A DNA stretch of 64,000 nucleotides from Lama guanicoe (lineage: Eukaryota): contig MU054323.1 in NCBI GenBank assembly GCA_013239625.1, positions 15,876,029 through 15,940,028 of the forward strand, written 5' to 3'. A program made the position numbers and the translations under genes. Numbering within the stretch: the first letter of the stretch is position 1; every line of letters starts with the position of its first letter. Below, piece by piece: positions 39,331 to 53,420 of this stretch. Under the pieces are notes generated by a model. That model searched no databases and was not told the origin of the DNA. It saw only the letters and a list, made by a program, of their open reading frames with translations.

Positions 39331-40910
39331 ACTTCCAAACTCATTCTACGAGGCCAGCATCACCCTGATATCAAAACCAGACAATGACATGCTAAGAAAG
39401 GAAAATTATAGGCCAATTATTACTGATGAATTAGATGCAAAAATCCTCAACAAAATATTAGTAAACTGAATCCAACAATACATCAGAAGGATCATACACC
39501 ACGAACAAGTGGGATTTATCCCAGGGATGTAAAGATTTTTCAGTATCCACAAATCAATTAATGCGATGCACCACATTAACAAACTGAAGAATAAAAACTG
39601 TATGATCATCTCAATAGATGCAGAAAAAACTTTTGATAAAATTCAACATTCATTTATGATAAAAACTCTCTAGAAAGTGGGCAGAGAGGGAACATATCTC
39701 AACATAATAAAGGCCATTTATGACAAATGAACAGCTAACATCACACTCAGTAGTGAAAAGCTGAAAGCATTCCCTCTAGAATCAAGAATAAGACAAGGAT
39801 GTCTACTCTTACCACTATTACTCAACACAGTTTTGGAAGTCTTAGCTATAGTAATCAGAGAAGAAAAAGAAATAAAAGAAATCCAAACTGGAAAGGAAGA
39901 AGTAAAACTGTCACTGTCTGCAGATGACATGATATTATACACAGAAAATCCTAAAAACACCACCAGAAAGCTACTAGAGCTCATCAATGAATCTGGTCAA
40001 GTTGCAGGGTACAAAACTAAACTCCAGAAATACGTTGCATTTCTATATACTGACAAGGGAATATCAGAAAAAGAAATTAAGGAAACAATCCCGCTATTAT
40101 CACATCAAAAATAATAAAAAACCTAAGAATAAACCTATCTAAGGAGGTAAAGACCTGCACTTGGAAAACTATAAGACACTGACGAAAGAAACTGAAGATA
40201 GCACAAATAGATGAAAAGATATACCATGTTCCTGGACTGGAAGAATCAGTATTGTTAAAATGAACATACCACTCAAGGCAATCTATAGATTCAATGCAAT
40301 CCCAAAGGCATTTTTCACAGAACTAGAACAAATAATTTTAAAATTTGCATGAAAACAAAAAAGACCACAAATAGCCAAAACAATCTTGAGAAAGAAGAAC
40401 AGAGCTATAGGAATCATGCTCTCAGACTTCAGACTATACTACAAAGTTACACAGTACAGTACTGGCACAGAAACAGATACATACATGAGTGGAACAGAAC
40501 ACAGAGCCCAGAAATATGCCCACACACTTATGGTCAATTAACTGATGACAAAGGAGGCAAGAATATACAGTGGAGAAAAGAAAGTCTCTTCAGTAAGTGG
40601 TGCTGGGATAACGGGCAGCTACATGTAAAATAATGAAATTAGAACATTCTCTAACAGCATACACAAAAATAAACTCAAATGGATTAAAGATCTAAATGTA
40701 AGACTAGATACTGTAAAATTCCTAGAGGTTAAATATAGGCAGAACTTTTGACAAAAATTGTAGCAGTACTTTTTGGATCTGTCTCCTCAAGCAAAGGAAA
40801 CGAAGCAAAAATAAACAAATGGAACCTAATTAAATTGAAAAGCTTTTACACAGCAAAGGGAACCACTGACAAAATGAAAAGACAACCTACTGAATGGGAG
40901 AAGATATTTG
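39331..40910 (+). mobile_element. L1 ORF2 (RT region) inverted segment, decayed
   Basis: ORF-track fragments EVLAIVIREEKEIKEIQTGKEEVKLSLSADDMILY and [17 protein letters not shown]; multiple stops and frameshifts. Confidence 0.95.
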
Positions 40911-43357
40911 ATAGTGCCAACTTACTCAACAGTTATGTCTTCACTTTCTTACCTGAAATCCTTAGGCCAAGATGTGCTGCACAATTCACCACTTTCGGTA
41001 AAAGGTAATAAGGTATATGAACTTAATTAAGGAATAAAGCAAGATGTGTAGCAGCACCCCATAATTAATACATGGATATTTCCATAATGAAATGCAGTAG
41101 GAATCACACTAAGAGAGATCAATCAATACTATCATCTCACTCAGCTTCATCAGGGCCAAGTCAGGGCCAAGTGAGTACAGTCAGCTCAGGTTTTGCTACC
41201 AAATAAATTATTAAAAAGCTGGTTTTCAGAGCATTTCATTATTAAGTCATGGTTAACGGATTGTGTACCTATGTTTAAAACTTTTTAAAAGGTGAGAATA
41301 AATATACGTATAAATTATTTCATTCTTTTATAAACTTATTCTCAAAGAACTCAAAACTAAACTGAATAAAAATCAATAAGGACATTTAAAAATTGATTGC
41401 TACCAATACTGATGGCAAAAAAAAAAAGCCAGTCAAAACTGAAAATACATTACTGAACATACAATGAAATTTAAAGTGAAAAGAGATTAAATATGAGTGT
41501 GAAAATTAAGAGTTCTTATTTCTAAGGAAAATAACATATTTGAAAGACATGACAAATATGTCTGTGAATTTTAGTAGAAATATAATTAAAAATTGGGAAA
41601 AACTGTCAAGATTGAGAATTTGGACCTAAGCTTGCTTTGCAAAAACCTAAGTACTTTCTCCACTTTAAGAACATGAAATTAGAAACTGTAATTACCACAT
41701 TATGGGTATGGACTATGAAGAAGAACAAAGCAACACTGAATCAGCAAAATCATACTCAGAGAAAACACTTTAGCCTTTTATCAGAAGAGTGGTGAATAAA
41801 TGAATGTACATTTATAAATTTTAAGCTGAAATGAAATATTTAAAGTATGTATTATGTTTATGATTCCAACCTGCTTTAAATGATTTTTTATTAACCCACT
41901 GTCCCTAATTATCCTCAACTGAAGACATTTGAGACTTTTCCTATACTATCTAAGAATTATTTGATTTTCAGGTTCAACATGATGTTTATTCTAGTAAACA
42001 AGCTGGGATGCCATGTTTCATGATCTGCCCAAAGCCAACTCCTTTCATAATCTTAAGAAAGGAACTTGCAACCTAATATTCCACCTGTTTCAAAACCACC
42101 TTTCCTCCCAGAAACAGGATAGGAGGTCAAAAATTTAATTAAACCTGCCCCTGGTAACGAAGAAACCTCTTACAGAAAAAGCAGCTAGGGCCACATAAGA
42201 AATAAGAAGTTTAAGGCAAATTCCATACTACTCATTCACAAGATGAAATTCAAATAGCCTTTGCTTTTCTAATGATCAGGAGCTTTGTAGGAGGTTTTAT
42301 CTGCTTAAATATTATGATCTGAAACATTATCATGATACATTTATTTATACATGACTGTGATTTCTGATGTTTATATGCCAATATTCCAATCCAAATGACT
42401 TACCTACTCAAACATGGTAAAGTATGTACCGAGATCCACAGACCTCTGTCTCAAACAAGGCTCCCTCTTCTCTCTCTGGTCTGCTGTTGTTGGGAGGAGT
42501 TCATTTCTCTGAAGGCCACCATTAGACAGCAGACTTCAGAGAAATAAATACTAACAACAGAATAAGAGGGAACTCACTCGGCCACAAAGAGCAAAGTCAG
42601 AATTTCAAACCTATCACTGCAAACAGCAGATCATTCTCTGCACAGAGGCAACATGTAGCTTGATTATGGATTCTAAGCAATAATGACGGACTACAGTCCT
42701 GTACTCCAGAAAACTGGGAAAGGCAGAGTTCCTTCTCTTCTATTCTTAGGAAAGCAGATAAAGAACCAGATTTACTGCAAGAATACAGTTTAATATACGA
42801 ATCCTTTTTCAGGATGAGGCATGAAAAAGATGAACTTATTAAACGTGTAGGAACATATGTGCTTTTGTAACTCTCTTCAGATAAGATAATACAAGAATAA
42901 TTTCCTAGGATTAACTTTGCAATGAAATTTCTATATTGTAAAATTCTCTTTAGGATAATTTAATACACAGAAACTTGCAAAATCTTTCACAACCTGTGGT
43001 CAAAAAAATCTTTTATTACCTAATTATCGTTACTCTATATTCTTTAATTATTGTGTATTTTGAGATTTTACTTTTATTCTAGTCCCTCTTATGACTTTCA
43101 CATCTCTGTTTACTACTGGGATAGCTATTAATTCCAGAGTTGTGTCCTCAGCTACAGGGGAAAAAAAAAAAAAAGATGAAATTAATAGTTACTACTTCAT
43201 CATTTCACACAGAATAAAAAGGAAACTGTCACTGCTGTATTTATGAGATAAAAATAAATACTGTTTGATTTTTCTCTCTTCTTTCTTGGAAGTGAAACTG
43301 TAAGATATCTATGACTTTATAGAAGATCACTATAGAAAACACTATTTTTCTTCTCAC

Positions 43358-43426
43358 CTGGCAAGCTTTTGCTATTATGTCTGATGGGGTATCTTGTGAA
43401 AAGGCTGGTCTTAGAGCAGCTCCCAC
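43358..43426 (-). CDS. HEATR5B: HEATR5B coding exon 8/18 (69 nt)
   Basis: ttctag|GTG GGA...TGC CAG|gtgaga; [23 protein letters not shown]. Confidence 0.93.
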
Positions 43427-44189
43427 CTAGAAAAATGAATACAAGCATTTTATTTTAAAAGATAAGTAGTTAACATAACGCCTCTGGTGTCTTTGGAGAT
43501 GAAAACACAAAACACATCTTTGTTCCTTTCTTCTGTATCACATCTCTTATCTCTTTTCAGTTACAAGAAACTCAACCATTCCATTTTTCTTCTGACTTCT
43601 AGAAGATTATCATTATCAAATCTGTACGAATGCTCTACCAAATAGGCAATTAATCTTGCTTCTTTTTCCTTTGTTTTTGTTTAATAGTAAATAGGATTTT
43701 CTGACAAAGCCACATATTCCCAGAGGTAACAGAAAACTGCTATCCTTTTTTTTCCTGTCTATATATCCTTGAATATACTTCTAATGTTTACCTCATGGGT
43801 GACTCTCATAGAACTGACTCAATTCCTTTAAATAATTGAGTAGTACTAAAAATCCACAGTCACTGAAAGACCTTAAAGATCATTTTACCTCAGAAAGAGA
43901 GGCTTTAAAAGAAGGTTGATCAAGAAATATTAATTTACGTACTGCTATTATATTAATAAGTAAAGGAATATGAGTTTTAATTTTAACAAGCCAGTATTGG
44001 TCACAGATTCTTAGATATATTAGATTTAATATGTATGAGCTAAATAAGGAATTAGATGTAGTCAACTCTTAATTTGAGATTTCTTCCCTTACACTAGAGA
44101 TTCAGTCACTAAGGCATATCAACAGCAGTCTGGAAATCAATTAAGAGCCCTTTGCTCTGACTAAAGACACAAGACAATTAATCACAGTA

Positions 44190-44650
44190 TTCATACTGCA
44201 GTAATCAACTGCAGTATTTCAGTAATCTTATTGCAAAGCTGGTACTAGATCCTGTACTGAAGGAGAAAGAGAGTATACTAGAGAAGACATTATTGGGTTG
44301 ACTGATAAAACTGAAATATGATAGATTACATAAAAGTAGTGTATCAATTCTGAACTTCATAAAATTGATAACTATTCTATGGTAATGTAAGACAATATTC
44401 CTGCCTTTGGAAATACAGACTGAAGTGTTCAAGGGTTAAGATACATGATTTAGATAATTTAAATTGTTTAGGAAAGAAAAAGTGAGTGAGTGTGCATGTG
44501 TGTGTGTGTGAGTTGTAGAGAGAGAGAAAAAAGAGCAAATGCCAAAGCAAATGAGGCAAAATTCTCAATTGGTAAATATGAATGAAGGGTATAAGATAGT
44601 TTTTTGGTACTATTCCTGTAAGCTTGAAATTATTTCTAAATAGAAAGTTT
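44190..44650 (+). mobile_element. Old L1 (L1MC-like) 3' UTR
   Basis: gtgtatcaattctgaacttcataaaattgataactattctatggtaatgtaagacaatattcc; tactattcctgtaagcttgaaattatttc. Confidence 0.75.
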
Positions 44651-45454
44651 TTTTTTAAAAATGCCTTCATTCTGATAGTTTGAGTATTTGGGAATAAATA
44701 ATTATATGCAGGTTTTCTACAGCCAGTGGGGTTAGGAAGTATAATTTCTTTACCTGGATGGATAGACGGAAAAACATCGATTATATATTATTCACACTTT
44801 TTAATTTTGTGTATGTGTTAGCATAGCTACTAGGTGAAGTATGATGTGTCTGGAGTCAAGATTTTGGAATAATCACAGTAAAAAAGAAATGTTTATTATT
44901 TCCTTGCTGATGTAAATTTTTTTTTTGCTTTCACATAATCCGCCATTACTCAGATTAAATCTATTGTACCTCATTTGAATATAAATAAAGGTATAAATAT
45001 CAGGAGAAACAAGTATATCTCTGTTTAGAATAAAATTAAAAAATCTTTTGAAAGTATATAATTCTTTCAGTAATACTTTAACTTATTAAAGTTAATTTAT
45101 CCTTCAGCACACAACAGGTGATTGCTTTTTATTTTTAAAAATGCTTATCAAGTCTTGACATATAAAAATAATGGCAGCAAATCCACAACACTCTTGGGCT
45201 GTTCCTTTTATCTCTACACAGCACAGCTAAATACCTAAACACAAGATTGGAAAGCCAGCCTGGAACATCTATTCTAGTTTTATCACTAATATTATATCAA
45301 GACTTAAAAATAGTAACAAGTTTTATACTATTGTTTCTTCAACTGTGAGTTGATTCAAACTATGTCACAGACTATGGGAGTAAATATATGCATTAATGTG
45401 AATAAATAGGTTACAGGTCCAAATACGTTTCTCCAGGGAATCTTCGCTCCTTTA

Positions 45455-45874
<420 letters not shown>

Positions 45875-45984
45875 TTACACAATGTGATAACACAGATGAA
45901 GTTATAGGATGTATAATGACATTGGAAGCAAAATAACTGATTACCACAACTTTCCCCAAAAAAGCTTGTGATCCTTTTGTCAAC

Positions 45985-46200
45985 AGGGATTGACAAACTT
46001 TTGTAAAAAACCAGAAAGTAAATATATTTGCATTTGCTGGCCATATAATTTATACCGTAACTACTCAACTCTGCTCTTGCAGTATGCACATAAACCGTAT
46101 GTACACAAATGGGTGTGCCGTGCTCCAATAAAACTATTCACAAAAACAGACTGTGAATTGGACTGAATTTGGATAGCAAGCTATAGTTTGCCAACCTCTA
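45985..46200. mobile_element. MER58-like hAT-Charlie MITE
   Basis: Terminal inverted repeats cagggattgacaaact ... agtttgccaacctct; aactactcaactctgc; ccaataaaactatt. Confidence 0.8.
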
Positions 46201-47419
46201 CTCTGGAAAAGACTTTTATAAGGATAAGATGTAGAAAAAGGAAGTCTTTTCCAGTTAGCCTTAGAGTAAAGGCTGTCCTGGATCAGCCCTATTAAAGCTT
46301 AAGGCAAGTCTGAAAAAATTCAAAAGATACCAAATAATTTAGCTACATCACAAAACAAAATCCAGCACTATCACAAAATCCAACACTAACATAATAAAAT
46401 TTGCAATGTCTGGCATCTAATGGAGAATTACCACAGATGTAAAAAAAGCAGAAGAATATATCTCATAACAAGGAAAATGAAAACAAAAACCAATGAACAG
46501 AAATGTTGGTCCAGAAATGAAAGAGATAACAGAATTAGCAGATAGGGACTTTTTAATAGATATTATAAATAGCAATTATAAACACATCACCTAAATAAGA
46601 GAGAAAACCACAAGTGGGATTTCTAGAGATATAAAAAGATATCTGAAATGAAAAATACACTGAATAAGATTAATAGTGTTAGATATTGAAAAAGGAAAGA
46701 CTGGTGAAATTAAAGATATAGCAAAAGAAATTATCTTAAGAATTTATCAAGCTTAAGAATTCTAAAAGATCATGAGGCTGCAAGGCTCTCATAGTCTTTT
46801 TTGAAGCAGTGGTAATTCTGTGGCTCAGCCTGATCCCAAATCAATTCCTGTTTAAAGAGGGTTTTGTTGTTATTGCTATTGTGAACATTACTAGCATATT
46901 CCAGTTCTTTTACATGCCTACCTAGAATAGTAATTTTAGAATTTTAACTCTAAAAAAGAAGATCTATTTATTTTGGGGAGGGGAGCAAAATGGAGAGAAA
47001 AATACTTTCGGCTAGAAGCCCCCAATGCTTCCTTACCTAAGGAAGGCAAAAACACACCATCAATAAAAACTAATGATATAATAAACTTTTGCCAGAATTT
47101 GGGAGGAAATTTCCAAGGTGGAAGAAACTCGATTAAAATGGGCTTATTCAGATTATGCCAACCCAAAAGTAAATAAAAAGACCCATTAGTCCTAATACGC
47201 TCTGTCACCTAATTTACAATTTATATCAATCTAGAATGAAAAACTAGGCAATTGTTTCGGGAATGAAAGTTTTGTTGCTTCTGTACTCAATCTCTACATA
47301 ACAGCCTTTATGAAATTAAGACCTCTATCTTTTGTCTAAATCTAAGGAAATGAGCTCCTAAAGGGGCACTGAGCAGAAATTCCGAAATAAGGAGAGAATT
47401 AGGGGACTGATAGAGGTTT

Positions 47420-47530
47420 ATTACATTCTGGGACTTTCTGACCCACAGAACTGTAAGTTAACAATTTTCTGTTACTTTAACCCACTAAGTTTGCTGTCAT
47501 TTATTAGAGCAATAATAGAAAACAAATATA
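47420..47530 (+). mobile_element. MaLR (MLT1) LTR 3' end
   Basis: gactttctgacccacagaactgtaag...ccactaagtttgctgtcatttattagagcaataatagaaaacaaata. Confidence 0.7.
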
Positions 47531-48719
47531 AGCAGCCTCTTCTACCTGGAAAACCATTTTTCTGCCTCTAAAACCCAGCTTCAAGATGACTTCCTCTGTT
47601 ACATCTTCCCCGGCTCTTCAGGAAACAAACAGTCCTTTTTTATGCTCCCAAAGTATTCTTACCATTCCACTATTGGGATATATAATTATTTGAGTGACAA
47701 ATCTGGCTCTTTGTCTTCTAGACTAGAAATGCTTCAAAAGCATGGACTATGTTTTTTTTCCTCCTTTGGATCCTCAATGTATAGCAAAGAACAGGACTCA
47801 GTAAATATCTGATAGATAATGACATGAAAAGGGACACTATGTTCATGATATATCATGCTTTGCTAGTATTCTATATTCAGATTCACATTTTATACATAGT
47901 GTATATACTACTGTTTTACTTTTCATTTGTTTGTTTTTTTAATCCATTTGTGAGTTCTACTGCATCTTATACACAATAAAATAAACTGAAAGGCATTTTT
48001 AATGTATAGACTTCAATACTGATGATATATATAATGTGTCTTCAGATATTTAAAAAATGACAGGATGATGAAGAGACAACAAAATATAAGATAAGAGAGT
48101 CTGTTACTCTGCCACTTCTCTCAGCTTCTCTGGGTCTCTTCACTTGTAAGTGAAGATACTGGACCTGATGATCTCTTTGTAAATTCCCTATAATATCTGA
48201 TTCAGGAGATATACGGCATAAAAGCTTACAAATGATCAAAAAGTAAAGGGTTTTAGTAACAAACAATTTTCACCTTTCCAAAAATACCTAACAACATTTC
48301 TGAAATCTGAGAGTTTGAAATCTGCCATGGTATTCATGAATTCTGACATTCTCCATAGCAGGGGACTGCAAAACTCACTTTATGCACTTTAAACTTTTGC
48401 CATCTCTTTTACAGTGAAGTGCTAAAAGTAGGATAAGGTACCAAGGAAACCAAAGTTACTGCCGTCATTATCCTTTGGGCAAATGATTAAGATAAATATA
48501 TCTTAAGATAGGTATATAACTTTGGACCACTTTTTTCAACTTATCTTCCAAATATGGATCAGAAGATGGACAATATGTAGAGAGGACGGAAAACAAAGGT
48601 AAAAGGCAAAGAAACTTACAATAAACAAAAGGCACAGTCTAAAGCATGTTACAAAGCAGTAAAATATTTCAAACTTATAAAAATACTCTGGGGAAAAGAA
48701 GCACTGATTTTAAATTTAC

Positions 48720-48971
48720 TTGTAGGGTTTCGTAGTTTAGCAGAACGTGCCATGGCAAGATCAAAGTGAGCCTGGTCCGCATTCTCACACAAATTGATGA
48801 TTCGACACAGGCAATCAGCAGCAAATACTCGAGTGGCCCAGCGAGGTGCCACAAAGGGCTTTGACTTATCTTCTTCTCCTAGTGTGGTAAACATGGTATC
48901 ATCATCCATCTCATCTTTCTTTTCAAATTCTTCATCTTTTCCACTACTTAAGGGAGTTGCAGTACTCATAT
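48720..48971 (-). CDS. HEATR5B: HEATR5B coding exon 6/18 (252 nt)
   Basis: ttacag|AT ATG...ACA A|gtaaat; [83 protein letters not shown]. Confidence 0.95.
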
Positions 48972-49397
48972 CTGTAACAAAAATAAAGGCATAACAACCT
49001 CACATATAGTAAAAATGATGCTTTAGAAATAGCATTAATGTTTGAAGATTTCTAATTTAAAAATAGACTAAATTTTCACTTTGAAAACAGTAGCACTGGC
49101 AAATTTCTTCTTTTAAACAATCAGGAAGAAACCAAGGAAAGGATACATAAAAGTATTTTACATATTTCACTAGTTTACATTTTATGTCAAACTACAGAGT
49201 AACCTGGGATTTTTATATACAATAATTTAATTTGAACTTAGTCATTTTCCAAAAAAATAACCAAAGTTCATTAGTTTGTAATATATTTGACCTTCAACAT
49301 TTTACAGGGATTTATAGATTAACAATTATTAATATTTTTAAACATAAGCTCAAATTTATATATCTATATCTATATAGAAATAATTTTCCTTATTTTA

Positions 49398-49727
<330 letters not shown>

Positions 49728-50489
49728 TTATGTTAAAGGCCATGATACACATTTAAATTCACAATAACAACAAAATGAGCTAGCTATATACACAATTTAA
49801 CTATAGTCCACAATTTACATATCTTTAGAATTACAATTTAATCTGACAATAAAGGTAAAAAGCCTGATTTTTAAGACTGATTATTCTGTGGTATTTTAAG
49901 CAAACCTCCATGGAATGCTCAGCAAATGTATATTTGATTTTAATAAGAAAAAAGTGTGGGAAAGAGACGTACTTCTAATTAGATTTAATTTAATGGACGG
50001 AAAAAAATTATTGCTATATTTATTGGATGAACAAATTGAAACTTATTCGGTCTTATTGTTCAAATTTTTAAAAATCTATAAAGCGAGGACACAAATTATA
50101 AGTGGATTATATCCTAAAAGTTTATTTTAAAATTGAGAAAATCCTGTCCAAGAAATACACAATCAAAAATTGTTATGAAATAGTGGTTACATTTCTTGCT
50201 TTATCTGAAAATCTTATTCTTACAAATAGCAGGAGTAGAACAACTGGCAGCCTTTAAGAATAAATACAATTAAGCTCCACATAGACTAATGCCCTCTGAA
50301 CCTTGAAGGGAGTGAGATGGAGGGATGCAGGCTGAAAAGTGGCTCTTTGTAACTGGATTACTCCAAAGACAGAATAAGGGAAGGTCTGCAGAAAACCGAC
50401 ACAGTGATGGGAATTCAAAGACAGTGGGAAAGGTCAAAAGAGAAGGTTCCAAGGAAGGAACATTACAGAGAGATTAGGCACAGAGGCCT

Positions 50490-50920
50490 AGTTTTCACTT
50501 AGCAGTATATAGTGAATATCTTCCCGTATCAGGAATTATATTTCCACAATGTGATTTTCATGGCAACACAGCAAACCATTGAATCAGGAGTACATTAACT
50601 GATTAACCACTGAGGATGAATTCCTAAAAGAGGAATTGCTAGGCCAAAGTGGTAAGCACAGTTTGAAAACTTTGAGAATACACTGAAAAAAAATCCTCCA
50701 GAAAACTTGTATAACTTTACATTTCTACCAGCAGTATAAGAAATTTCTCTTTTGTTCATATCTCTCCCCACACCGGTTAAAATCACTATTTTTAATCTTG
50801 GTCACTTTTATAGAAGAAAAATGCTATCCTATGACTGTATTAACATGCAACTATTTAATCACTAGAGGTTAAAGATATTTCATATGTTGATATTTCTTCT
50901 TTGATAAAACATCCTTTCGT
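50490..50920 (-). mobile_element. Old L1 (L1ME-like) fragment
   Basis: attcctaaaagaggaattgctagg; tacatttctaccagcagtataaga. Confidence 0.65.
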
Positions 50921-50944
50921 GTGCTCTAGTGATTTTTACAGACG

Positions 50945-51479
50945 TGTAAAAGAGTTAACCATAGCAGGTCTGAGACTACTCTATTAAGGCCTGATATTAC
51001 AGATAGTTCTTGGCTCGAATCTGGGAATTGGGTTTCAGCAGAGTTCCCGTCATTTCCTGATAAAAGTGGCTTACTATGCCTAAACTGTGCATACCAACAA
51101 TATGGTTTATGCTGAGCACCTGCTTGCCTTCTGAGAGTCTGAACTTTGGTACAGGCTAGGCAGATCATGCCTATCTGACCCACTCCCAGTAAAAAACTTG
51201 GGCAATGAATGTCTAGCAAGCTTTGCTGGCAGACAACATTTCACATGCATTGTCACGCCTTACTGGGGAATTAAGCCTTTCCTGTGTGACACCATGGGGA
51301 GTGGACTCTGGGAAGCTTGTGCCTGGTTTGCTCTGGACTTCACTCAATGCACCTTTTCCCTTTGCTGATTTTGCTTTCTGTCCCTTTGCTTAAAAAATCA
51401 TAGCCATTAAGTGTGACTATATGCAGTGTCTTCCTAGTCAATCATCAAACCTGGGGGTGGTCTTAGGCCCCCTGGCACA
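50945..51479 (+). mobile_element. Full-length solo LTR, MER68-like (ERVL)
   Basis: TG...CA ends: tgtaaaagagttaaccatagcaggtctgag ... aacctgggggtggtcttaggccccctggcaca. Confidence 0.8.
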
Positions 51480-52375
51480 CTAATTTGTAAAAGCTTTAAA
51501 AATATTAATATATACATGCATACATTCTAACAAATAAGCACATTTTGCAAATATTTTCCCCTCTCTTAGCTTGTCTCTTTCAATTTTGATTATAGTGACT
51601 GACATGTACAAGTTCTAAAATTTTTTATGTATTCAGGAGAATTCTGCAATTACTTATGGTGTCATAGATTTCTCTGCAGAAAGCACCATGTTGACTGTTG
51701 GACTTTTATATAAGAAACTTCTTTTGCATTCTATAATACAGTATGCTTGTTAATAGAGCTCTTATTACACACACTATGCTAAAACTGAAGTTATTTTGGT
51801 ATCTTGCTTCTTAGTACCCAAGCAACTTCTATCCATTAGAAAGTTCTTAGTAAGTAAAAATTGTCTCTCACAACAGGGAAAATATCTCTATAAATTAAGT
51901 TCTGAAAAAGTTCCCAAACCATCCCAAGAGATCAGAAAACTAGCTATAAATTCAAGCTATACTTAAAACTCTCCAGAAAACAAAAAGAGCTAAAGAAAGC
52001 AAAGATCTACCTTCCCACCCAAACATCTACTGACACTTAATAGTTTTATTGGTTACTTTGGTCTTACCTTCTTTGAGGAAAAGTTGTATCACAAAAGGTT
52101 AACCGCTGTCAATGCCTGGAAGCTTTCAGGTACCCCCCCCCAAATAGATAATCTCTCTTTTCAGACGCCTATTACAAGGCAATATCCCTAAGAGTTACTC
52201 ATCCCTTATAGAGCTTAAACATACTTAAGGGATGGCAGAAGTATCCTGAGAGTAACGGCTACAAAAATTTTTTTAAGCTATAAAAATTTTAAAAACGAAA
52301 AAATGTAAAATTACCAAGGAAACTACACAGGAATTTTAAAAGTGATAATAGTTTTATTTTATTTAAAAGAATTTA

Positions 52376-52702
<327 letters not shown>

Positions 52703-53189
52703 TTAACACTTTACTTGTGAAGAGTCTCTTCATTTAACCACCTCAGTTGTTCAAAATATAACCAAATAATGGTCTTTTGCAAAAACAGTAATTCCAACAA
52801 AATATATATAGAATATTTTAGTAGCTTATAAAATAAATGCCCCAAGACTTGGGCCCTAAAGATCATATAATGTACTTAGATAAAAAAATCCAGAAGGATC
52901 TTTTGCACATCTTACTTTACAGATGGTCCTACTAAACTCTGTCATCGAAATTTTTCAAGTGCTTAGAGATTATGTGTATTGAAATGAAAAGTTAGGGGAC
53001 AAAGCACACATTAAGAATTGAAAGCAAAAGAGGATATATACTAAAATAAAAAAGCCCAAATCAAGCAAACATAAATATCTGAAAAGAACTGCAAAATGGA
53101 TCCTTTTGGTATAGAATTTGTTTTTTAATCTCAAAAGTTCCTGAAACAATAAAGTACACTATAATATATGAAGTAAAGTGTAAGATGCA

Positions 53190-53420
53190 GCACGGCATAA
53201 TAATTAAGAGCTCAGGCTCCGGGAGCCAGACTGGGTTTCCTGTGTAATCTTAAACAAGTTACTTAACTTCTCTGTGCCTCATTTGCTCATATGTGAAATG
53301 AGGATAGAAATTCCTCACAGGAATATAGTGAAAACAAAACAAGTTAAAACAAGTATTTTCCTTAGAACAGTAGATGACACATGGTAATCGCTCAATAAAT
53401 GTTAGCTATTATCACTATTA
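53190..53420 (+). mobile_element. MIR SINE
   Basis: caagttacttaacttctctgtgcctcatttgctcatatgtgaaatgagg...gctcaataaatgttagctattat. Confidence 0.85.

Noticed and set aside
39331..40910. Reverse-transcriptase-like ORFs suggesting a novel RT system
   Set aside because: Ordinary decayed L1 ORF2 with stops and frameshifts; the catalytic motif reads SADD rather than FADD.
41150..41177. 11-bp tandem repeat tcagggccaag followed by a plus-strand gtgagt
   Set aside because: Trivial slippage; the donor-like motif is antisense to the gene with no matching exon.
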